A stretch of 64,000 nt of DNA, from assembly GCA_030704615.1 (NCBI GenBank), contig CM060732.1:82398001-82462000 (forward strand), read 5' to 3'. The DNA is from Takakia lepidozioides (Eukaryota; Plantae; Bryophyta). The notes beneath the pieces are model-generated. The model was not told the DNA's origin and ran no database searches. It was given only the letters and a program-made list of their open reading frames with translations. Below are positions 37,500-48,979 of this stretch, in pieces; position 1 is the stretch's first letter, and each line of letters starts with the position of its first letter. The translations under genes were made by a program, and so were the position numbers.

Positions 37500-37900
37500 A
37501 GCCCAATGGACTGAAGGCATGCTCCACACATGCCCCACTCTCACCACAAGAGAATCAGCCCCTTTGCTTCCTTTCTTGCACCCACCGACCTGAAAATACA
37601 AGCTTCAGTGGGCTGGAAGCATGCTCCACACATGCCCTACAGGGAAACCAGCCCCTTCCTTCCTTTCTTGCACTCCCAAACCTGAAAGTACAAGCCTTCA
37701 ACGGGCTGAAAGCATGCTCCACACATGCGTTGCCCTCACATAAGAGAAGTCGGCCCTTCCCTCTGCCTTTTTGTGTATCGATTGTGTGGACTAGTGACTG
37801 CCATAGTGGGCAGCATAGTGGCAGCCTAGTGACTGACTAGTTGTAGCCTAGTGGTTGGACTAGTGGCTGGACTAGTGGTGGACTAGTGGTATACTAGTGT
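37500..37900. repeat. Three ~105-bp tandem units followed by a GACTAGTGG micro-repeat
   Basis: GCATGCTCCACACATGC at about 37517, 37619 and 37712. CTAGTGG repeats at 37790-37900. Confidence 0.75.
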
Positions 37901-38064
37901 GTGGCGTGCATATGTGTTGTGTGGTTTTGGACAGCGATGTAGTTGTGTAGCGATATGTATGCGCACGACATGGCAGACACGAAGAGAGGAGAAGATGATA
38001 CCACGCCGTGCCTATCTCCTACATCAATTCTATCAGATCATAGTGCCCTCTAGGCCACCATCCT

Positions 38065-41000
38065 AGTCTGCCTTCATCCACTAGGCCCCCATGGCTACAT
38101 GCTTGGAGAACACTTATAAAGGTGATACTATCTAGCTTGAAGCCTTCCTTTTGCATACCTTTAAATAGTTGCAGGGCTTCCCTACGACAACCATGCTGGG
38201 CATACAATTCTAGCTTTCTTGACATCAGCATGGACCTGTTTGCCTTTTTCCAGGGCTGCCAGGTTTGCACATGCATTATAGATGTAACCGAACATGACCT
38301 GGTTGGGCTTCACCCCTTCCCGCATCATCTGCTCATAGGTCTCCAAAGCCTCTATCCCAAACCCATGTTGGACATATCCTGCGATCATCGCACTCCATGA
38401 CACCACATTTCGTTCAGCCATTTTGTCAAAGACTCCCTTTGCATATTTGATGCTCCCGCATTTGGCATACATGTCTACGAGGGCAGTATCCAGAATGACA
38501 TATGGTACAATTCCGGCGTTCATGATGTCAGCATGGAACTCTTTGCCCTTTTCTAGGGCTGCCAGGCTCGCACAAGCATTGCAAAGACAAACAAACATGA
38601 CATGGTCAGGCTTCACCCCTTCCCGCATCTTTTGCTCATAGGTCCCCAAAGCCTCCATCCCACACCCATGTTGGGCATATCCTGTGATCATCGCATTCCA
38701 CGACACCACATCTCGTTCAGCCATGTTGTCAAATACTCTCTTTGCAACCTTCATGCTCCCGCATTTCGCATACATGTCAATAAGGCTATTGTTCAAAATC
38801 CGATTTGGTACAAGTCCAGCTTTCATGATGTCAGCATGGACCTCTTTGCCCTTTTCCAGGGCTGCCAGTCTCGCACAAGCCTTGAGTATGCAAACAAATG
38901 TGACCTGATTGGGCATCACCCCTTGCTGTATCAGTTGATCATATGTCTCAAAGGCATTCCTACCACAACCATGCTTGGTATATCCTGCCACCATATTGTT
39001 GAACACTAGACAGGCCTCCCCTACACTCCCATATTTGGCATACATGTTAACAAGGGCAGTCTCCCAATTAATATATGACAAAATTCCAGCTTTGATAATG
39101 TCAGCATGGATATCTTTGCCCTTCTCCAGGGCCACCATGCTGGCACCAACATTGAGAACACAAATGAATGTGGCTTGCACACGCATTACAAATGCACACA
39201 AACGTGATGTGGTCGGGCTTCCCCCCTTCGCCCATCATGGACCTCTTTGCCCTTTTCCAAGGCTGCCAGGCTTGCACGAGCATTGCAAACGCTCACAATC
39301 GTGATGTGGTTGCATTTCATCCCTTCCCCCATCATTTGCTCATAGGTCTGATCCAAGGCCTCCATCCCGCGCCCCTGCTGTGCATATCCTGCAAGCATGG
39401 CGTTCCATGACACCAAATCTCGTTCAGCCATATTGTTGAACACTCCCTCCGCATCCTCAATGCTCCCACATTTGGCATACATGTCCACGAGGGTATTGTT
39501 CAGAATCACATCTGGTACAATTCCAGCTTTGGCGATGCAACCATGCACCTCTTTGCCCTTTTCCAGGGCTACCAGGCTTGCACACGCACTGCAAACGCAC
39601 ACAAACGTGATGTGGTCGGGCTTCACCCCTTCCCCATTTGCTCATAGGTCTCCAAAGCCTTCATCCCACGCCCCTGTTGTGCATACCCCTGCAAGCATTG
39701 CGTTCCACGACACCACATCTCGTTCAGCCATAGTGTTGAAATTAACTCCCCTTTGCATCCTTAAAGCACCCACATTTGGCATACATGTCCACCAGGGCAG
39801 TGTTCAGGATGACATCTGGTACAATCCCAACTTTGATGATGTCACCATGGACCTCCACAGTTCCCAAACTTGCACACGCGTTGCAAATGCAAACAAACGT
39901 CATGTGGTTGGGCTTCACCCCCTTCGCACATCATTTGCTCATAGGTCTCCAAAGCCTCCATCCCGCGCCCTTGCTATGCACATCCTGCAATCATCGCACT
40001 CCATGACACCACATCACGTTCAGCCATACTGTCGAACACTCCCTTCGTACATGTCCACGAGGGTATTGTTCAGAATGACATTTGGTACAACTGCAGCTCC
40101 GACAATGTCGCCATGGACCTCTTTGCCCTTTTCCAGAGCTGCCAGGCTTGCACACGCACTGCAAATGCACAGAAACATGATGTGGTCGGGCTTCACCCCT
40201 TCCCTCATCATTTGATCATAGGTCTCCAAAGCCTCCATACCATGTCCCTGTTGTGGATACCCTGCAAGCATTGTGTTCCATGACACCACATCTCGTTCAG
40301 CCATAGTGTTGAAAACTCCCTTCGCATCCTTCATGCGCCCACATCTGGCATATATGTCCACCAGGGCAGTGTTCAGAATGACATCTGTTACAATTCCAGC
40401 TTTGACGATGTCACCATGAACCTCTTTCCCCTTTTCCAAAGCTCCCAGGCTTGCACACGCATTGCAAACACAAACAAATGTGATGTGGTTGGACTTCACC
40501 CCTTTGCGCAATATTTGCTCATAGGTCTCCAAAACATTCCTACCACAACCATGCTTGGTAAATCTTGCCCACATTATATTTCAAGTGATCAAAGATCGTC
40601 TGTTGAACACTTGGTGAGCATCCATGATGCTCCCGCACTTAACATACATGTTGACAAGGGTGTTGAGGAGCAAAATATTTTGCGTGAATCCACTTTAGAT
40701 AATGTGAGTGTGCATCTGTTTTCCAGCTTCCAGACTTTCCACCTTGATGCATTTAAGCAAGAGACAGACATACGTATCTGAAATGTCTCTTTGGTTTAAA
40801 GTTTGTAGAGCCTCTGTCAGTCTGCCTGCCGCACAAAGCATCTTTATATGCCCAAAAGTGCCAGAAGAGGCATTGTGGACTCCCTCTCTTGATCCTCTTT
40901 CAGAAGCTGTGGTCATGGTTGAGGTGCCTGATTTTATCAACTGTGCCGCTGCAGCTGCTGCCTTTAGTTGACCATCTACCCATGCAGGTTTCTTGTAGCT

Positions 41001-41620
41001 ATTGATCCACAGGGAATCATAGGTAATCCGGAGCTTGAAGTCAGGACTCTTGGATGAATCTGGACCCACACTGTATCCCTGCTCCTTCAGCGACCTCTGC
41101 ACAGATCATACATCCTTGCCTTACTGCTAGCAGCTGACAATGACAGCCTAGATTTGTTCTAGGAAACACCCAACTCAACATATCCCACTAGTTCCAATGC
41201 TCAATTGCATCTGCTACTCTCTGTAATCCAACAGGCATTGACCTTTATGCATCGATTGTCCAATTGACTGGGGTCAGAAAAGTATTCATTCCACAGCTTT
41301 TCCTCGTCTCTGTTACTGACGGTGTGAAGTTATTCCAGCAAACACCCCAACCCTCCTTATCACACTAGTTCCTATACTAACTTGCATATTCATTCCGGAG
41401 CTTCTCCTCGTTATCTGTTTTTGGATACTTTCCTGCTGCCACATCGGCAGTAACTTGTCAAGGTCACTCCAAACCACCACAGATCTACCCAACGAGCTCA
41501 CTTACAGAATTCAATTTGCATCTCAGGGCCGAGTCTGATGAGTAGGCAAAGCAGGCTGAATTAGGTCGAAGAATGTGCCCTCACCACATTGTCCTTGACC
41601 TTGTGTCATGACCCATGGAG
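38065..41620 (-). pseudogene. PLS-class pentatricopeptide repeat gene (organellar RNA-editing factor type), frameshifted
   Basis: Many P-L-S triplets (ALVDMYAKCGS, ERDVVSWNAMI.GYAQHG, KPDHITFVC...ACASLAALEKGKEVH) spread over several broken ORFs. Ends at LQACSHGGLVDEGRL. Confidence 0.92.
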
Positions 41621-42859
41621 GATTTGACCGACCATCAACCGAAATGACCTCTTGTGTGTGCTGATTGTGTATGTAGTTAGGTAATGTCGGATTGGTCTGT
41701 CAGAACCACCACGGTGCAGCTGAGCAGGCAGAGATTGAAAACACGGCCTGCTAAGACCAAACTGAGTCTCCCAAGAACCTTGTGAACATCAGGAAGAAAA
41801 CCAAATCATGGTACTAACAGGAGCCAAAACCTCACATTTGCAGGATGGACAAACATCTTCATATCGTACATTAAGAAAAGCCACACTTTGCGATTGCGGT
41901 TGTCCCACCATCGTGCAAATTCCAGCTCTCATGCGGTGGACTCATAATCTGCAAATGTCTCCCTCCGCGGTCAAGTGCAAGACGTCTCTTCCGGTTATTG
42001 TCGGGCGTTTCGGGCATTTCGGGCAGGTTCCAAAGAAATTGACGACGACGATGACGTGTCTACGAAACGTGGCGACGATGGCGTGGTGATGATGATGTGG
42101 TGACGATGACGAGGCACTATGACACCCTATTCCTACTCTATGCTAAGCTAGATTCCGACCTTCGGTCGTCGCTACAATTGCGCTCTCTTATTGTGGGTCC
42201 AACTCTGCCTATCATTGATTTTCTTGTGTAGTTTTATTTCATCATATTACAAATGTTAACCCTTAAGTTCGGAAGCGACCTGAATCGGGTCACTTTGAAT
42301 TTGCAGTTGGACCAAATTTTTGCAGATCTAGTCTGATGGGGCCCACTCCTGAAGCTTTAATGACAAGGGATTTGTCTCGAGTATGATGCAAAAAATAAAA
42401 CTAAGAAAAAAAACAAAAGCTACTACCTACAAAAAAATATCTTAGATCTCTCATTGAAGAAAAAGGAAAATGATCCACACCTTTTTCCATTGGGCCAGAC
42501 CAATTTGCCCCACCCATATGATATACAAAATGCTAAACACCCTTTCATTTTTCATTAATTTTTAACAAATAAATGAATTCTGTCCCTTTTTTTCTGTCCC
42601 TTTCCTAACCCACAAATATATATATAAGATAAAGAAAATAAATAGGTAATGGGCCTCGACGTACACGTGCCGAGCGTTATGACCGGCCCGCTAGGGCTGA
42701 CTGGGTATAGCCAGTATCCACCTGGGACCTGCTGTCAGACTCGGTACAATTGTAAAGTAGTAAATGTTGAGTTAGGTTTATCTGAAGCAGGTTACTAGTA
42801 GAATGTAAAGTAAAGTTTGTTTACCGTCCAGTGAATTTACAGAGCCTACTGCCTACACA

Positions 42860-43020
42860 CAACGTAGCTGACTACAGTAGTTACTATGCACCGGTAAGTA
42901 ACAACGTAGCTGACTACAGTAGTTAGTCTGCACCAGTAAGTAACAACGTAGCTGACTACAGTAGTTAGTCTGCACCAGTAAGACACAACGTAGCTGACTA
43001 CAGTAGTTACTATGCACTAG
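42860..43020. repeat. 42-bp tandem repeat, 4 copies
   Basis: CAACGTAGCTGACTACAGTAGTTA at about 42860, 42902, 42944 and 42986. Confidence 0.9.
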
Positions 43021-43690
43021 GAAGGTGGTAAGTTAGTAGTCGGTCTCTGGTAAGAGAGAAGGTGGGAGACTGACAGCGTGGGGGCATCATGTGGGCCGCC
43101 AGTCAAGCTCCAGCGAGCCCTGCAATTATATGGCCGCTTACCTACACGTTCCTGTCTGCTTTTTTGTCGACCCTTTGCATCTCTCATAACCCACAAATCA
43201 CAAGACTGTTTTTCTTTGATTATCTTTTGCTTCTGTCATAACTCACAAATCAGAAGACTGTTTTTCTTTGATATTGTTTTGCTTCTGTGACAAGTCAGAA
43301 GACTATATTTACATAACTGTGTTCAAGTGTAATCAAGGGCCACCATCCTTCTTCCAGGAACAAGGAACAGAAGATTGGTTGGGAGCAAACAGCAAACATG
43401 TGAAAGTGGTTGTATGATGAAGTGGGAGAATTGAGAAAAAGAAGGGAGGGTGGTAAGAGGGGGGAGATTGAGTGAGGGCAGGGCCATCTATGAAAAATAA
43501 TGGCAGTGTCCTTTTGGCACCTACAACAAATGGGGGGTGCTCCAGCTGGAATGTGTGTCTGACGCTATCAGTGCTCGTCTCTCCCGCGCCTGCTAAGCTC
43601 TGGCTGAGGCTGGTAGGCTCGTGGGGAGAGATCGGAAGGAGTTCTGGAGTCCAATGCAGGATGCGCACCACGGGGGTGCGCGAAAGGGGA

Positions 43691-45028
43691 ATGGCTTGGG
43701 CGATTGCGCGGGTAGCTGCTGGTGTGTGGGTGGTGATGGTGGCTGTAGTTGTAGCTGGAGCAGCAGAGGGGGTGGCAGGGAGGAGAGATGGTTTGGGGGG
43801 TGGTAAAGGCTTGAGCTTTGTTGAGGGGAAGGTAGGTGGTAGGGAGCTTCTTAGTGAAACCGATTTGCAAGGGGAGAAATCCGGTAGCGGGCTTGGTAGT
43901 GGGTCTATTCTTTTCGCGCTGCTCGATTCGCAGTACTCGGAGCTGGTTGTGTTGCTAGATAAGGCGTCGTTACTTGAGTCGCTGGAGAAGCAGGTGAGCC
44001 ACGGAAATGTCACGATTTTTGCTCCTAGGAACACGTTTTTGGAGCAGCATTTGGATGCAGACTTTCGAACGTTCCTGCTTCAGCCTGGCAATGTCAAGGC
44101 TCTGCAACAGGTCCTGGACTTCCATGTGCTGCCCATGCGCCTAGAGGCCGGCGACTGGAGCAATAGGACTGTGAAGACTCTTGCAGGTGAGAACATCAGC
44201 TTGCGCTCTTTTGGACTCAAGCGCTATGTCGACTTCTCTCGTGTGATTTCGCCAAACTCCATCGTTCGCCCTGATGGGATTGTCCATGGCTTGCAAGGAT
44301 TGCTGATTCCAAAGGGAGTCTCTTTCCTTTACGAAGGCTGGAAGAGGGGGGACAAGTTTGCGGTGTTACCTGCCAGCTCCCCTCCAGGATCTCGGTACTA
44401 CTACCCCCCATCTCCGTCGATATTCTATGGACCAGATGGCTCCGCTCCTGCTCCTGCGCCCTCTGCTCCTGCGCCCGGCCCTGCACTTGCTCCCGCCCCT
44501 GGGCCTTCTCAGGAGGTTTTCAACTGGAATGAGGAGGAAGAAGTTCTGCATTTCATTAACTCACTTGTGAACTACGGTGGGTATAATGAAATGGCTGATC
44601 TACTTGTCAACTTCACATCACTAGCTCCAGAGCTTGGAAAGCTCGTGAAGGAGGGCTACCGCTTGACGATTCTCGCGCCCAACGATCAGGCCATGTCACG
44701 GTTGACTTTCGAACAACTCAATTCGCCGCTGGAGCCCATCATTTTCTATCACGTTCTCACAGAGTATCAAACGGAGGAAAGTCTCTACAACACTGTCCGA
44801 AGGTTTGGAAAGACAACCTACAGCACACTGCATGTACCTCTCAAATTGACTGCAATGGAGGCAGATGGGACGGTGCAATTTGGGGAGGGGGAGAACTCAG
44901 CACAAATATATGATCATGACATCTACACTGACGGTCATGTTTCCGTCCAGGGAATTAGTAAAGTACTTAGCATACCATCCGCAACAGCATCTACAACAGA
45001 GAAAGACACTACTACAGAGGTGCCATAG
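43691..45028 (+). CDS. Fasciclin-like arabinogalactan protein, group B (FLA15-18-like; two FAS1 domains around an AP/PA-rich AGP module)
   Basis: Single ORF (track 43472-45028). Signal-peptide-like MAWAIARVAAGVWVVMVAVVVAGAAEG from 43691. Motifs VTIFAPRN, VRPDGIVHG, APAPAPSAPAPGPALAPAPGP, YGGYNEMADLLVN, EYQTEESLYN.VRRFGK and DIYTDG.VSVQGI. Start codon is inferred. Confidence 0.93.
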   Translation: MAWAIARVAAGVWVVMVAVVVAGAAEGVAGRRDGLGGGKGLSFVEGKVGGRELLSETDLQGEKSGSGLGSGSILFALLDSQYSELVVLLDKASLLESLEKQVSHGNVTIFAPRNTFLEQHLDADFRTFLLQPGNVKALQQVLDFHVLPMRLEAGDWSNRTVKTLAGENISLRSFGLKRYVDFSRVISPNSIVRPDGIVHGLQGLLIPKGVSFLYEGWKRGDKFAVLPASSPPGSRYYYPPSPSIFYGPDGSAPAPAPSAPAPGPALAPAPGPSQEVFNWNEEEEVLHFINSLVNYGGYNEMADLLVNFTSLAPELGKLVKEGYRLTILAPNDQAMSRLTFEQLNSPLEPIIFYHVLTEYQTEESLYNTVRRFGKTTYSTLHVPLKLTAMEADGTVQFGEGENSAQIYDHDIYTDGHVSVQGISKVLSIPSATASTTEKDTTTEVP

Positions 45029-48000
45029 GTATGTCTCACACTCCCCCATCTCTTTCAACTGTTGCACATAGTCTGGATATGGGCAAAACAGTTTCCTTGA
45101 GTTCCCCGGCTGAAATTTAACCTCTGCCCAATCGGAAGATGGAATACCTTTATGCATTATCTCAGGCTGGCATCCTTCTCCAACCCTTTCAGTACTCTTT
45201 TCCTGGTATCTTTAGTCCATGACCAATAGCAGTTTCGAAGTCTTGATTTTATTCTATCTATGCTCTCCATTGTGGACATACTTCCCAAAGTTCCAGGCTT
45301 TATATACCCACACATAAATTTTTGGTGGTGTGAACTCTCTGCTCCTGTGAGTTATACAGTACAGCCGTCCTGCTTTGCCTCATGGTGCAGTTTGCTTAAC
45401 ATCACAGATGCATCCTCCTCAGGATTTAGGTCGTTTACAATTCAGTCTATGTTGCTTATCAAGATATTTTGTGCTCAAGCACCTTGCTTATAGTTGCATA
45501 AATTCACAGGCAAATCTACCAGTGGTCTACTCGGTGTCGAATAAGTTGCCCAGGCTTGAGTGCTTGGGTCTTCTTTCTACTATGGCAGATGTCGGGCATT
45601 TTGAATCATTCAGTTCATTGGGTCCTCATCTCAGGCCATATGGAAGGGGTCTGATAGGAAGGTTTCTCATAAGATATTACAACTGCCTACTGTAGGCAGG
45701 TGGTTCAGTCGGTGAGGTGCGGAACAGATCTTTAGTGAAGAGCAAACACACTAGTGAGACACCTGTGTGATAGCAATTGAGGGGAAGAAAAAATGTCTGT
45801 ATTTGTGCATTGCTGAGTGATTACCTGATTAGGTTTTAGGTGGGTAACTCATCATGGTCATTTGTGCCAGGGACAGTGGCCTCACGATTGACGGCAGGAA
45901 ATATGCTTACCAGTAGCAGTTGTTCTTGTGAGGTGGGAAGTGACAACTTTCAACTATTGAACGTTGGTGTGTGCTTGTATATACCAATGCCTTGGCTGAC
46001 GAAGAATTGGAAGGCAACAGACACCAGGGCTGTCAAGAAAATAGTTCAAAGATGAGCTCTTTTCAAGTTGGAATGATGGCCAAGTGAGGAGCTACGATTC
46101 AAAGCTGTGCTCTACAGACCACACTAAACGTCTTCAGACAACAATCCCATCTAGAGATGCGAAAAGCACAACAATCTCACAGCGGTACATAATTCATCGT
46201 TGTGGAAGAAAGAGAGAGAGAGAGAGATTGACCCTATTGTGCCCTCTCATTTATTGTATTGGTGGTGGGGCTTTGCCTTCCTTCTCTTGGTTTTTGGTCC
46301 ATCCATGCTCTCTGAAATGTGACGTCTGCACTCTATCGTATGTAACAAATTTAGATGTGGAAAGTGTGCATTGGAAGTAGGCTGTCATTTATTGAGGGCT
46401 GGGGGAAGCTCACCTATGGGTTCCATGCTTGTTACGAATCCAATTCAGAGAAGAATTATAAGCCTAAGTTCCTTTGTTTGAGGAACCGCACTCATCACGG
46501 GCATGGAAAATCTCCATGAGCATCTGCAATAAATGGATGAGATTGCCGTCAACGTGACATTTCCTTCTATTGATTGCCTCTGTGATTTTTTTTGTAGTTC
46601 TGAGTAGGGTAGGATGGAATGAGTGAACGACGTGCTGTCTAGACTTGAATGAGGCCCAGCAGTAAGTCATTGACCTGAGGCATGATTGTGAATAGCGAGC
46701 GAATGATGCACATGTTCTTGTGGTGGCAACTGCAACGTCTGGGCTGTGTGATGGCCAGACCATTGTGGTTGTAGATCATTGGACAGATGAACACAGTACC
46801 AGTTTTAGCACTTGGCTAAACCAGAGACTAGAGTTCATGGATCTAACCCACAGTATTTCTCTGAAATTGACCACCTTATGGACGAAGCAATCTCCCTTAG
46901 CGGATCCAGCGGCCAGCCCATAGATATGTTTTTTTCGCTTCCATAATGCATTTTCCAGCCTTTGCGGGTGGGCCCTGGTCACTTTGCAACTAGCGCAATT
47001 TGTCTTTTGTCTCCAATATTTTAAGCGGATCCCCTTCATGTTTGTTAGACCCAATGCATTAATGATTGTTGGGCTTCAGCTCTTATTGCCCCCACGTATG
47101 AGTCCTTGGTCCCACATGCTTTGAACTATGTAAATCGCTCCCAAGTTGAACCTTCTCCTTTCTGTTAAGGGAAGTTCCAGTCTAATTTTCACTGTTGGTA
47201 AAGCTTATCTCATCCGAAAAGAGCTCAGACGACATTCTTCCAGCAATTGTTATGTTTGGACAACCTGCTCTTTTTGCCTACATGCACTATCTGCGTAACA
47301 GACGGCAGACCTCTTCACGCCTCACTAATAAAGTCTGCATACCAATCAGTGGTCTATGTTCCTCCGCAATAGTATCATGACACTTTGAAGTCGAGACCCT
47401 CGTGGTCTGCAACAGGTAGCACCCAACGACCATGTAGCCTAGTTAGACTTTTCCTGTCTGAGTGTCCCCCCCACCAGATATCCTTGCACACTTCCACTTC
47501 CACTATTTGCTTGCAGGACAGCGGGAGGCTTTACACACCTCCATCATCCATGTCTACTATTGATTCTCTTCAACTCTCCCTCCTCATCCTCAGCCTCCAG
47601 ACAGCCACGACCGTGGTAGCAGGAGAAGCTGCCAGACAGATGTGGCCCACACACTCTCAATGGGGCTGCCAAGTCCACTGCTGCCTACGAAGATGGCCTC
47701 TGGCTTTTTTTGTTTTGTTTTTCTTTGTTTTTTTTGTTTTTGATAACAGGGGAGGTCGGAAGCCCTGGAAATGCATTAGCACAAAGCGAAAGATGTACAA
47801 AGATGTGATATATATTATTATCTTATATATATCTTGATATTTAAAAATTAGATCCAATTATTCCAGTCTTATGGGGTTCTCCAGAGTCTCTTGGCAAAAA
47901 AGATAAAAATAAAAATAAAAATCATTGTGATCTTTTACATTTTCATTTACAGTTGGTTCAGATGTTAGATGGATCGCATTTGGATTCAATGTGACGATTT

Positions 48001-48979
48001 CTGGAACTACACTTTGTTGTTTTTTATTTAATGCATATTTGTTCCGCCGTTCAACATTTATTTTGTCTTTATTTAATGTATAATTTATCCCTCTCCTGGC
48101 ATTAGCAGCTTGTTTTCCCATATTAATTTGGAGTTATACACATATGAAGATTGATATGTTTTACAAATATTTAATTGTAGTTGCATTCGACTTTAGCCTT
48201 TTGATAAAATAGATAATGGATGTATAGATCTAGATAAAATTTTGATAAAAATAATTGGCTTTGATAAAACAAAGCTTGTCAACTGTCTTTTATAAAAATC
48301 ATTAGCTTGATAAAAAACAAATGTCTTTGATAAAAATCATATAGGAAAGAATGGAGAAAGCGAGGGCGTCGCAAAAGCTCCGTGAAGTGCGGTGAGTGAA
48401 GAAAGGACTTAGCCACTAAGTCATCGCTCACTGCTCAACATATGCATCCCTGATCCCCTCATCTATCCCTCTATGTTCTACGATTTGGCTCGAGCGGTGA
48501 GCGATGGATTACGTCTATCGCTGCTAACATCTCTATGCGTTTAAAACTACTTTAAACGAATGTCCTCCTTCTGATTCCTCTCTTCTCCTCTTCCTCCTGG
48601 ATGTGTTCATCTCCCTCATCTCTAACTGCTCCTCGGGTGTTGCATTTGAGGGTGTTATGTCCCTTGTCCCTTATTCTTCAAGTACTGCATCGTTCTCGGG
48701 ATTCAGTCAGGAAAGAAATCGCTCTCCTCATTGCCCGTTGCAAGTCTTGAAGTGAATGCGTGCGGACAACTACTTTTCTGAATCATGGTGTTGTTCTGCT
48801 TCAAGGGTATGGCTACATACAGATAAGAGCCAGCTTCCCGCCCCTCTATCTCCTACCACTCCACTTATATCTTCCTCATTCCTCATTTCCTTCCTTCCGC
48901 TCTCCTTGCTCGTCTCTCTTTCGGACGTTTGTGGCTCACTTGCCTCTTCTAATGTGCTTGGTCGACTGTCTATCCGTAA

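Noticed and set aside
39397-40215. 272-aa plus-strand ORF and similar antisense ORFs over the PPR and FLA genes
   Set aside because: Shadow frames of the coding sequence on the opposite strand.
42100-42700. Small hairpins (CGACCTTCGGTCG; GGGCC...GGCCC-CTAG) and TTAACCCT suggesting Helitron or piggyBac ends
   Set aside because: No matching opposite terminus or target-site signature found.
43472-43690. 73-aa N-terminal extension of the FLA ORF
   Set aside because: Starts at a non-ATG codon and would bury the signal peptide; probably 5' UTR.
47820-48345. Possible Helitron fragment (basic ORF 47858-48121, TTGATAAAA repeats)
   Set aside because: No Rep/helicase motifs and no clear TC...CTAG termini.
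48422-48506. 15-bp inverted repeat forming an ~85-nt hairpin (miRNA or MITE candidate)
   Set aside because: Stem too short for a miRNA precursor and no TSD seen.
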